From: a virus
IMG/VR virus record: IMGVR_UViG_3300050821_017216
Location: 1 to 64,000 of that record
Reading direction: 5' to 3' (one strand)
Length of the DNA: 64,000 bases
The translations under genes were made by a program, and so were the position numbers. Positions 47,940-56,333 of this stretch are shown piece by piece. A model generated the notes under the pieces. That model saw nothing but the letters and a program-made list of their open reading frames with translations. It did no database searches and had not been told where the DNA came from. Numbering within the stretch: the first letter of the stretch is position 1; the number at the start of each line of letters is the position of its first letter.

Positions 47940-50012
47940 CTATTTTCGAGCGCTCTCGATCCTGGCCTTCTTCGCCGCGCCCATCCGTTTCGCGCGCGCC
48001 CACTTCTCGCTCTTTTTCTTGTTTGCTTCCGCATCTTTCTCTGGATCGCGAGCGCCTGCCAGGATCTCGGCGTCGCCGGGCCGCTCGCACCACCGCTGGA
48101 GCAGTAGCGGGGCCGCACCCTCCCGGTCTTGGTCCCACTCGTGACCACACGTGCAGCGCAGGCGCACCCGAAGGGCTGGCTCCCGGTCGGCCACGAGCCC
48201 ACACGCCGGGCACGTGCTGGTCGTGCGCGCGGCGTCTACGGCCACGATCTGGGTGCCGCGACGCGGAGCAGTCGACAGCAGGCAGTCGCGCAGTTCGCTC
48301 ACGGCGGCGAGCTGGCGGTTGCTGCGCGCGACCTCGTTCTCGGCGTCGTCCGCCCCGGTCGCTTTCCGGGTGGCGATTACCCGCAGGTCGAACTGCTCGA
48401 TCACGATCGTGCTGTACGCGCGCGTGAGCTCTGCGGCGAAGCACCGGTACTTGTCGCGCCGGCGACGCAGCCCGCGCGTGCGACACGCTTCCTCGGTGGC
48501 CCATCGCGCCCAGTCGCCCGTCGCCCACGCCCGGACGGCCTGGAGTGCGGCGTCCTCGGCGGCGTCTCGTTCCGGCCGCTCACTCTCCCAGCGACGGAGC
48601 AGGCGGACCATCTTGGCCGGTCGGCGCCACGCGTGCATCGCGCGCGCGGCGTCCCGCATCCACTCCGGCGCGACCGGAGAGACGCCGATCCACTGCTTGA
48701 CCTGCACCTTGCAGATGTCGAACGCGCGGTCGCGCTCGCTGCGCACGTCCGCGTGCATGCGGAGCGCGTGGACGTCGGCGACGGTCAGCCGGAGCTCGCC
48801 GCTTTTCCCGTTCGAGTCGTGCCAAGCTGCGACGCGGATCGCCCCGTCCATCAACCGCCAGCCCACGTCGACGGCGACGGTCGGGCGGTCCGGGACCGGA
48901 ACGGTCGCGGTGTCGGGCGTGTTGACCGTCAGGCAGAGGCTCCACTCGCTATGCGGCCCGCGCATGCGCCGGTGGACGGCAGCCCAGGTGATGAACGCAC
49001 CGGCCGGCAGCGGCCGGTGGTAGTCGAGCCGGAATGTCGCCCAGATCGGCCGGCGATGCTCGTCGGTGTCCACGCACAACCGGAGCTCGCCGTGCCGCGC
49101 CGCACGGTCACGCACCCAGCGCGCCGGCGTGCCGTCGGGTCGCGTCGCCGGTGCAGGCTGGTCCGGCTCGCCTTTACGACCGGGCAGGGTCCCCGGTGGC
49201 CGGCGGCCGCGACCGCTCCCCACGATGCTGTCTTCTCGACGCGGGGAGCGAGCGGTGAGCGTCGCGCTCGCGAGCCACTCTTCGGGCCACGGGGGGGCAC
49301 CGATCCGCAGCCTGGAGTCCTTCTGCGCGAGCGCCCCCTCGACCGTCAGCGGTCGGGTCGACTGGATCTGCACGCCCACGGTCCCCGAGCCGTCCCACGG
49401 GGGCGGCAAGTCCGGGTCGTGCGGCGTGACGCCGTCCCTCTCGTAGAGCGGCGCCTCGCAGCTCGCGCGGTGCGCGCGGTCTACCAGAAGGTACGTCCCC
49501 CACCACACGCCCGAGTGGTGGCGGGCGTTCTTGACGATCTCGTTGGCCATCGCGTCGATGGTGTCGATCGCGTCGCGCAGCGCGCGCGCCTCCGCCGAGG
49601 CGTGCGGGCACGGGTTCTGCTCGCTCTTGAGCTTGCGACACTCCTTGCACTGCGACGCGTAGCGCGCCCGCACCGCGTAGAGTTGCTCGCGCGCCTGCTT
49701 TCCCGCGGCGCGCGCGGCGGCGATCTGCAGGCGCGCGGACGCCGTCTCGCTGCGCGACCGGGTGACCTTGCGCCCGACCCGGATCTCGGCGGCGAGCCAC
49801 TCGCACGCCGCCGCGATCCCGGCGACCTTGGCCTCGGCCGCCTCCATCTCCGCGCTGCAGGTCGACCGCGCCAGCCGCTCGGCCCACCGTCGACCGCGCT
49901 CGATGAGCGTTAGGTTTTTGCGGTACGCGTGCGCGCGCCACATCTGATCGTGGACGACGTCCGCGCCCTCGCGGGGCGCGGTGATTCCGTTGCGAAACAC
50001 AAGTGTCGTCAT
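47940..50012 (-). CDS. cas12m: Type V CRISPR effector, Cas12m (V-U1)-like
   Basis: QMWRAHAYRKNL, WWGTY, WDGSGTVGVQIQ, HRPLP, PTVAVDVGWR, IVIEQ, TTSTCPACG, CTCGHEWDQD collinear with recalled Cas12m motifs; abuts the array. Confidence 0.85.
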   Translation of the reverse strand: MTTLVFRNGITAPREGADVVHDQMWRAHAYRKNLTLIERGRRWAERLARSTCSAEMEAAEAKVAGIAAACEWLAAEIRVGRKVTRSRSETASARLQIAAARAAGKQAREQLYAVRARYASQCKECRKLKSEQNPCPHASAEARALRDAIDTIDAMANEIVKNARHHSGVWWGTYLLVDRAHRASCEAPLYERDGVTPHDPDLPPPWDGSGTVGVQIQSTRPLTVEGALAQKDSRLRIGAPPWPEEWLASATLTARSPRREDSIVGSGRGRRPPGTLPGRKGEPDQPAPATRPDGTPARWVRDRAARHGELRLCVDTDEHRRPIWATFRLDYHRPLPAGAFITWAAVHRRMRGPHSEWSLCLTVNTPDTATVPVPDRPTVAVDVGWRLMDGAIRVAAWHDSNGKSGELRLTVADVHALRMHADVRSERDRAFDICKVQVKQWIGVSPVAPEWMRDAARAMHAWRRPAKMVRLLRRWESERPERDAAEDAALQAVRAWATGDWARWATEEACRTRGLRRRRDKYRCFAAELTRAYSTIVIEQFDLRVIATRKATGADDAENEVARSNRQLAAVSELRDCLLSTAPRRGTQIVAVDAARTTSTCPACGLVADREPALRVRLRCTCGHEWDQDREGAAPLLLQRWCERPGDAEILAGARDPEKDAEANKKKSEKWARAKRMGAAKKARIESARK

Positions 50013-50236
50013 GGCTCTATCTTCCTTTCAGAGTTTTTGTGGGTCGTGTGGCCAGCCCGCATCGGCTGCACGTTGGTGGCTGCGACGAACGGCGTCCGTG
50101 TTGTCTGGGTTTGACTCCCACGCGTCCGCGCACCCCATCGAGCAGAAGTCGCGACCGTGCGCTCCGATCCTCGCTGTACCGACCTCTCTCATGTCGATCG
50201 GTAGATGGCATTCGTGGCAGACGGTCAGGTGAGCGG

Positions 50237-50884
50237 TCATCGGCCGGTACCTCGTACCGACTCATGGGTCGGTGACAGGATCGCGGCCACGTCGGGATCG
50301 ATCCCCAGATCTTCGAGACCGAACAGGTGCCGGATCCCGACGCCGTCGACGCTGCTGGTTCGGCTGGCCGGCGGTCGGCGGTCGATCACCGTCACGATCC
50401 CACGCACGTCGAAGCCGTCGGAGCGCAGCGCCTGGACCGCGAGTGCGGAGGACTGGCCGGTCGACACGACGTCCTCGAGCAGCACCACCCACTCGCCGAA
50501 CCGGCACCACGCGTGCTCGACGAGGTTCTTCGTGCCGTGGTCCTTGGGGACCTTCCTGACGTAGATCACGTTGTAGTTGCCGCCGCCGGCGTGTGCGGCC
50601 ACGATGCTCGCGAGGTGGCAGCCGCCGAGCGCCACGCCGGCCACGGCTTCCGCGTGCCCGAATTGCTGCACCTCGCGATGGATGAGGGCGGCGAGCGGCC
50701 GGTGCATGTCGCGGTGGAAGTAGGTGCGCTTGGCGTCGACGTAGAGCCGCGACTTGCCGCCCGAGGCCAGGTCGAACTCGCGCCCGGGCTGAGCGACCTT
50801 GACCGAGTAGGCCTTGATGTGCGCGAGGACTGCCTGCCTGTCGATGGTGGCGTCGGTGTCGGTCATCTCTCCGATGTCGGTCAT
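50237..50884 (-). CDS. pyrE: Orotate phosphoribosyltransferase
   Basis: FDLASGGKSRLYVDAK, VRKVPKDHG, VLLEDVVSTGQS. Confidence 0.85.
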   Translation of the reverse strand: MTDIGEMTDTDATIDRQAVLAHIKAYSVKVAQPGREFDLASGGKSRLYVDAKRTYFHRDMHRPLAALIHREVQQFGHAEAVAGVALGGCHLASIVAAHAGGGNYNVIYVRKVPKDHGTKNLVEHAWCRFGEWVVLLEDVVSTGQSSALAVQALRSDGFDVRGIVTVIDRRPPASRTSSVDGVGIRHLFGLEDLGIDPDVAAILSPTHESVRGTGR

Positions 50885-51394
50885 TTCTCTGATCCTTTCC
50901 TTTGGCGTGTCGGGTCGGTGGGTGACGGTGACTCCACGCTGGGACCCTCCTCCAGGAGGATCTCCATCGGTCGGGTCTCCTCCTCCGGGTCGGCGCGCGC
51001 GTACTCCGTCGGCGGATCCCGGCACTCCGCGCGCAGGATGCGCACGCGGTCGGAGAGCGCGCAGAGCGATCGCGCGTCCTCTCGCGCGCGGCGCGCGCGA
51101 CGCTCGCGCAGCGAGAAGCGGATCTCACTGACGACCAGCAGGACGACGACCGTGCCGAAGGCGCCCGCGATGATGCCGGCCAAGAGACCACGGTGGAACA
51201 TGTCGGCGGGGATCATCGCTCGGCCAGCTCCAGACCAGCCAGGAGCTCGTCGACGGTCGGCGGGTCGTCCGGCTCGGTGTACGCGCTGACCTCGAGCCCG
51301 CGCGCCCGCCACACCTCGGTGACCCCGTCGACGTCGTTCACGTGGATGCGCAGCCGGACCATCCCGTGTTTGCCCGCGTCGTACCCGAATAGGA

Positions 51395-51793
51395 TCACGA
51401 CATCACCAGCGCGAGGCCGACGTGACAGCGCTCGAGGCGCTTGATCCGGTTGATCTCGTCGATGTTGACGATCGAGCCGAACTGCGCGCGCACGCGCGCC
51501 TCGAACCGGCGGGCGACCTCGGGCCAGACCGCGTCGCGGTGGTGCCAGTTGCCAGCGTGGGCGACGAGCTCGCGCGCCATCGGCCAGGCGACCTCCTGGC
51601 AGCAGTCGAGCAGCGCGGCCACGGCGTCGACGGCGGCGCGCTGCCCGGCAGAGTCGCCCCTCGCCCAGAGCTGCCAGCAGTGCGCGACGGCGAGCAGGGC
51701 GTGGACGTCGGGCGGGGTGAGCGGCGTCAGGTCCCAGCCGCGACCCTTGAGCCAGTGCAGGGCGTCCTGGCAGTGGGGAGTGTGGCGGATCAC
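51395..51793 (-). CDS. Hypothetical protein
   Basis: 132-aa ORF coupled within the leftward operon. Confidence 0.5.
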   Translation of the reverse strand: MIRHTPHCQDALHWLKGRGWDLTPLTPPDVHALLAVAHCWQLWARGDSAGQRAAVDAVAALLDCCQEVAWPMARELVAHAGNWHHRDAVWPEVARRFEARVRAQFGSIVNIDEINRIKRLERCHVGLALVMS

Positions 51794-52423
51794 GAGTCAC
51801 CCGACTCGATCCGCTCGTCGATGAGGTTGGTGATAGCCATCACGATCCCTCGCGCGCGCGCCACCTGCTCCGCCTCACCGCGCTGAGTGAAGGCGGCAAC
51901 CAGTACGCTCCGCACGATCGGCACGAGCGCCTCGGCTGCGCTGCCCCACCCGGGGGGTCTACTCGCCGAGGAGACACCATGTGTTCGCTCTTTCCCAGGA
52001 TCATCGAGCTCGCGGCACGGGAGGTCCATGTACCAGCCGACCACGAACTCGCCGGCCATGTTGAACACCATCGGGTCGCCATCGCGGGGCGGATCGTGGT
52101 TGTACTCCGACTTGAACAGCGTCTGGCCGCTGTCGAGGCGGAGCAGTCCGGGACGGGCCGTGCGGACGGTCTTCATCGCGTGCCCCGCAGACTCGCCTGG
52201 ACCCTCGGGTCTGACGCCACGAGCCGGGTGAGGGTGGGTGGGGCGTAGCGGAGGCGGCGCGGCAGCTCGACCGACAGCGTGGACCCGCAGCGGCAGTTGC
52301 GGAGCTCGAGGGTCGTCGGCGCCGGGTGATCGGCGTCGACGCCGTCGTCGTCGTAGTAGCCGACGAGCGGCAGCGCGCGCCAGCCGGCGAGTTCGTGGAT
52401 CGCACCGCAGCACGTACAGGTCT

Positions 52424-52981
52424 TCACGACTCCTCCCCGCGCGATCGGCGCCACTCTGCCTCCGCGAGGATCGCGCGGAGCTCCTTGACGGCGTACGCGC
52501 CCAGGTGCCTCCTCACGACAGCCTCCGCCCTCGCCATGTCTAAGTCCTCGCTCAGAACGAGGTACCGGACGTCCCCGTCGTCCTTCGGACGACCGGCGAT
52601 CATCTTCATCGCGACGAGGAACTCCGGCGTGACGATCGGCGGCGTGATGCCGTCGACCACCACGGCCGCCGCGAGCGCCCCCGCGTACAGATCCTTCCAC
52701 TCGTCGTCGCGCACGATGACGTCGAGCGGCACGTCGCCCTCGCGGGTCCGCACTCCGCCGAAGACGAGCGGCTCGCCGGAGTAGCCAAGCCGGTCAGTGG
52801 CGACGACGTCGAGGTCGCCCGTCAGTCGCGGCGAACCCCACACCTGCATCGCCAGTCCGCCGGCAACGGCGATCTCGCTGTCCGTGGCGCGACGCTCGCG
52901 CGCCCGCGCCGACACCTTCTCGGCCGCAGCGACCAGCTCGTCGTAGGACGGGAGACGTTTCCCTCTGCGCGGTTTCGTCAC
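52424..52981 (-). CDS. Minimal nucleotidyltransferase-like protein (second paralog)
   Basis: AVAGGLAMQVWGSPRLTGDLDVV...AMKMIAGRPKDDGD. Confidence 0.8.
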   Translation of the reverse strand: MTKPRRGKRLPSYDELVAAAEKVSARARERRATDSEIAVAGGLAMQVWGSPRLTGDLDVVATDRLGYSGEPLVFGGVRTREGDVPLDVIVRDDEWKDLYAGALAAAVVVDGITPPIVTPEFLVAMKMIAGRPKDDGDVRYLVLSEDLDMARAEAVVRRHLGAYAVKELRAILAEAEWRRSRGEES

Positions 52982-53292
52982 GGTCGACCCCTCTTCTTTG
53001 ACTGGACGCCCCCGAGGGGCCTCGTCAGTAGATCGCGGACGGCGTCCGCCGCCTCGAGCATGTCAGTGGCGGTGGTCTCGACGATGACGCCCTCGTCGTT
53101 CGACAGGTAGACCACGGTCGGAACGTCCGTCTGCTCGACCACGACGAGGTCGAGCTGGCCGAACCTGCGGTGGGTGCGCCGGCGGGCGTATGGGTGCCCG
53201 GCGCGCGCAGCTTCTACGCGCGTAGACGGGTCCACACGGTCCACCCAGGCGAGCATCCGGTCGACCGCGGTGATGGGGCGTGGTTTTTTCAC
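52978..53292 (-). CDS. Hypothetical protein
   Basis: GTGA-coupled ORF. Confidence 0.5.
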   Translation of the reverse strand: MKKPRPITAVDRMLAWVDRVDPSTRVEAARAGHPYARRRTHRRFGQLDLVVVEQTDVPTVVYLSNDEGVIVETTATDMLEAADAVRDLLTRPLGGVQSKKRGRP

Positions 53293-53605
53293 GGCGTCTC
53301 TCGCGCTTTTCGGTTCTTCTCGACGACCAGGTGGATCGGACTCGCGCTGCCAGGCGCGCGCGCGTGCTGCGCCTCATTCTCCGCGAGCGCGGCAGCGATG
53401 TCCGATTCAGTCGTGCCAGGCCGGAACGCCCACTGCTCGTCGCGCGGACCGTCCGGCCGGAAGTGTTGGCAACCAGTGAACGCGCAAGCCCCTGGCAATG
53501 CGCCGTGCACGCACGGGGTGGTACCGCACGGCGGCGGGGCAGGCGGTTTGTGCGCAGACTCGGCAGCCCGACGCTGCTGGAACTGGCGAAGACGTAGAGC
53601 TCGAC

Positions 53606-53989
53606 TCATCGCTCGACCTCCGGCGCCCGCTGCGTCTCGATAGCCGCCTCCATGCACGCGTCGACCGCGCGGCGCGCCAGTGCCATCCCCACCGCGAGGT
53701 GCGTGCGGTGCACCGGCCCGCCAGGAAGACCGGAGCACTCCGGGTCGACCGCGAGCGTGACCTCGCGGGTGGAGGAGCCGGTGTCGACTACGCAGACGAC
53801 ACCGACGTAGGGCGCGTGGGCCACGATCCGCCGCACGTACGCCTCGACCTCGTCGAGGTTCGAGCAGTGGAAGTGGACGGAATGTCCACTACCGCCCCCG
53901 CCGTAGTTTCGACCGTCCACCCGCATCGCGGGCGCGGGACCCTCGGCCGCGAACGCCGCGCGGATGGTCGTCTCGAGGTGCTTGTTCAC
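53606..53989 (-). CDS. Hypothetical protein
   Basis: GTGA overlap with the upstream gene. Confidence 0.5.
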   Translation of the reverse strand: MNKHLETTIRAAFAAEGPAPAMRVDGRNYGGGGSGHSVHFHCSNLDEVEAYVRRIVAHAPYVGVVCVVDTGSSTREVTLAVDPECSGLPGGPVHRTHLAVGMALARRAVDACMEAAIETQRAPEVER

Positions 53990-54444
53990 GCGGGCTCCGC
54001 GCCGGCCTGCTCGCGGGCGGCGGCGAGGCACGCCTGCCGCATCGTGTCGGCTACGTGGCGGATCGCCGCGTACTGGACGGACTTGATCTGGTCCTCCGTG
54101 TCTTCAGGCAGCCCCACGTCCATCGCCTCCTGTTTGGCGGCAGCGAAGATGTCGGTGAGGCAGTGGTCGGCGGCCCACTGGTAGAGCGCCTGGGTGTAGA
54201 CCTCGACGCGCGAGTCCGCGTGGTCGTGCACGCAGTCGTCGTCCTCGTCCGAACCGGCGAAAGTACCCTCGTCGAACGCCTCGACGGCCGCCTTGCACTC
54301 GGCGTAGATCCAGTCGTTCGGTAGGGCGCCGTGGTGGGCTTCGCGCACCGCGTCCTTGAGCCACGCGGGTGCGTCGTCGGTGAGCGTGACGTAGGTCACG
54401 TAGTCGCTCCGGGTCCGGGTCACGAAGTGAGAGGCGAGGTTCAC
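53986..54444 (-). CDS. Acidic Ocr-like protein (candidate DNA mimic)
   Basis: DEDDDCVHDHADSRVEVYTQALYQW resembles the T7 Ocr DDLHDAIHMAADNAVPHY segment; acidic; AGGAG RBS. Confidence 0.45.
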   Translation of the reverse strand: MNLASHFVTRTRSDYVTYVTLTDDAPAWLKDAVREAHHGALPNDWIYAECKAAVEAFDEGTFAGSDEDDDCVHDHADSRVEVYTQALYQWAADHCLTDIFAAAKQEAMDVGLPEDTEDQIKSVQYAAIRHVADTMRQACLAAAREQAGAEPA

Positions 54445-55003
54445 GGGTTGGTTCTCCTATGGGTTGTGAGTGTCGGCAGGACGGTCACTGCCCATCCGGC
54501 TCGGCGGTAGAATCGGGTCGCGACGGCGGCGGCCTGCGCCGAGGCGCAGGTGTGGCGGTGGACGAGGCCGCGCCGGGCGGCCATGACGAGGTAGGTCTTC
54601 ACGACGGCTCCCTCTCGTGGAGCTTCGCGCACTCGGGGCAGAGACCGCCGCCGCTCGCGAGAAACTTCTTGAGCCACCGCTGCCCCTCGGCGTTCAGTCG
54701 GACGAACCCGCCAGAGGTCGCGCCGCAGAGTCGGCTGACGCGCGATCGGGCGCCCATGACGTGGATGTTTTGGGGTTGTGCGTGACGGCGAGTCATGACG
54801 GGGACGCCTCGTTCATCAGTGAGAATACCGTGTAGTTGTACTGCCCGACCTTCACGATGCGGGCCCAGCAGCCGCGCGCGCGCAGGCGCGCCGCCTCGTC
54901 GGCAGCCTCTCTGCGCGCGTCCAATCCCGTGAATCGGCCTGACAGTAGGAGCTGACGACCGTCGTAGTAGCGTGCACCGTTTCGCCCGCGAGCCATTTGG
55001 TCC

Positions 55004-55360
55004 TCAGGCCGCCAGCTTGGCGAGCCCCTCCTTGATGAGCGCGTCGATCGGCTCGCGGTCCGCGCGGTCGCCGAGCCCGGCGACGAACGCGCGGACGGCC
55101 GGCGCGTGGAACCCCATGCCGACGAGCGCGAACGTGATGCGCGCGTGCGCGTCGACCGGTGTTCGACGGCCAGGCTGCGGGACGACCCGCAGGACCACTG
55201 GCGTGGCCGTAGATCGTTCCGCGCGCGCCCGGACGGCGCGGGCTACCCGACCGAGCAGGGCGGCGGCGAGCCGCACGACGGTCGCCACGAGCTCGAGGAG
55301 CGCGGCGGCCAGTGAGACGACGGCGACGTACAGGCGGACGGTGGCGGTCTTCGCGCTCAT
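55004..55360 (-). CDS. Protein with RuvA C-terminal-domain-like tail
   Basis: ITFALVGMGFHAPAVRAFV...IDALIKEGLAKL after a hydrophobic helix. Confidence 0.45.
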   Translation of the reverse strand: MSAKTATVRLYVAVVSLAAALLELVATVVRLAAALLGRVARAVRARAERSTATPVVLRVVPQPGRRTPVDAHARITFALVGMGFHAPAVRAFVAGLGDRADREPIDALIKEGLAKLAA

Positions 55361-55372
55361 CGGGATTCTCCT

Positions 55373-56200
55373 TCAGTAGAGGACGCGCCCGCTCTGCGGG
55401 TCACGCCGGGTGAGGCCGAGCGCCAGCGTCGGCCCCTCGGCGCCCTGCTTCAGCAGCTCGTGGAGCCAGAGCCACTGGTACTTCTTGCTGTACTTGACCG
55501 ACTCCCAGATCTCACGGGCGGCGGCGTCGCGCTCTGGGCTCGCCGGTTGGTCCGCCAGGGCCTGCAGGGAGGCCACCAGCCCCTCGACCACCGCTTGCCG
55601 GCGAGCGGCCAGGGCGGCCTGTTTGGCCACAGTGGCGGCCTTCTTGGCGGCGCGCGCGGCCTTGGCGGCGTCCCGCTCGGCGCGCTTGGCGGCCAGGTCG
55701 AGCTCGGCCGCGCGTCGCACCTCCTCAATCGTCCGGACTGGCTGCGGGCGCCAGGCAGAGATTCTGGCGGTGAACCTGGCGATCGTGGCCTCGGTCTGCC
55801 GGATGCTGCCCTCGACGTCCCACTTGTAGCTCTCGAGGCCGCGGGCGAACCGGTAGGGCTCGGTGACCCCCACGGCGTACCCGTTGAGTACCCGGCCGGT
55901 GCGGTCACCTCGGAAGAACCAGCTGACGCGGCAGGCCTGGATGTCCGCGAGACGCGCGCGCAGGTGCACGAGCCGGACCTGCAGCGCCGCACGGTGGGTC
56001 TCGATGAGCGCGCAGGAGACCTCGTAGGGAGCCGCATCGACCCCGGGGCAGTCGCCATGGATCGCGCCGTCTCCGGGGCGTTGGTAGCCGTGGTGGACCA
56101 TCCGCAGGCCCGCGTGGAGCTTCTGGTCGCTCTCGCAGATCTGGCAGTTGCCGACGTGGCGGGTGGCCGTCTCGGGGGTGGCGATGGACCGGGCGTTCAT
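55373..56200 (-). CDS. Hypothetical (probably early) phage protein
   Basis: GNCQIC...HHGYQRPG...GDCPG; first gene after the leftward promoter. Confidence 0.7.
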   Translation of the reverse strand: MNARSIATPETATRHVGNCQICESDQKLHAGLRMVHHGYQRPGDGAIHGDCPGVDAAPYEVSCALIETHRAALQVRLVHLRARLADIQACRVSWFFRGDRTGRVLNGYAVGVTEPYRFARGLESYKWDVEGSIRQTEATIARFTARISAWRPQPVRTIEEVRRAAELDLAAKRAERDAAKAARAAKKAATVAKQAALAARRQAVVEGLVASLQALADQPASPERDAAAREIWESVKYSKKYQWLWLHELLKQGAEGPTLALGLTRRDPQSGRVLY

Positions 56201-56213
56201 CGGGGGTAGACAC

Positions 56214-56286
56214 AATCTAGCAGCTCGGTGTTCGGTGTCAACTAACGAATCTTTTTTCTTGACCGTGAATACCGACGGGGTACAGT
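56214..56286. promoter_or_regulatory. Back-to-back sigma70-like promoters
   Basis: Leftward TTGACA(56241-56236)-N16-TAGATT; rightward TTGACC(56259)-N16-TACAGT. Confidence 0.7.
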
Positions 56287-56333
56287 GAGGTCTGTCAGGC
56301 CACTCAACCCGGGAAAAGGAGATCCCCACCACC

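Noticed and set aside
50105-50120. T-loop-like TGGG-TTTGACT-CCCA upstream of cas12m (tRNA or tracrRNA)
   Set aside because: Non-canonical loop, no other tRNA arms, no anti-repeat complementarity, and it lies inside a plausible small ORF.
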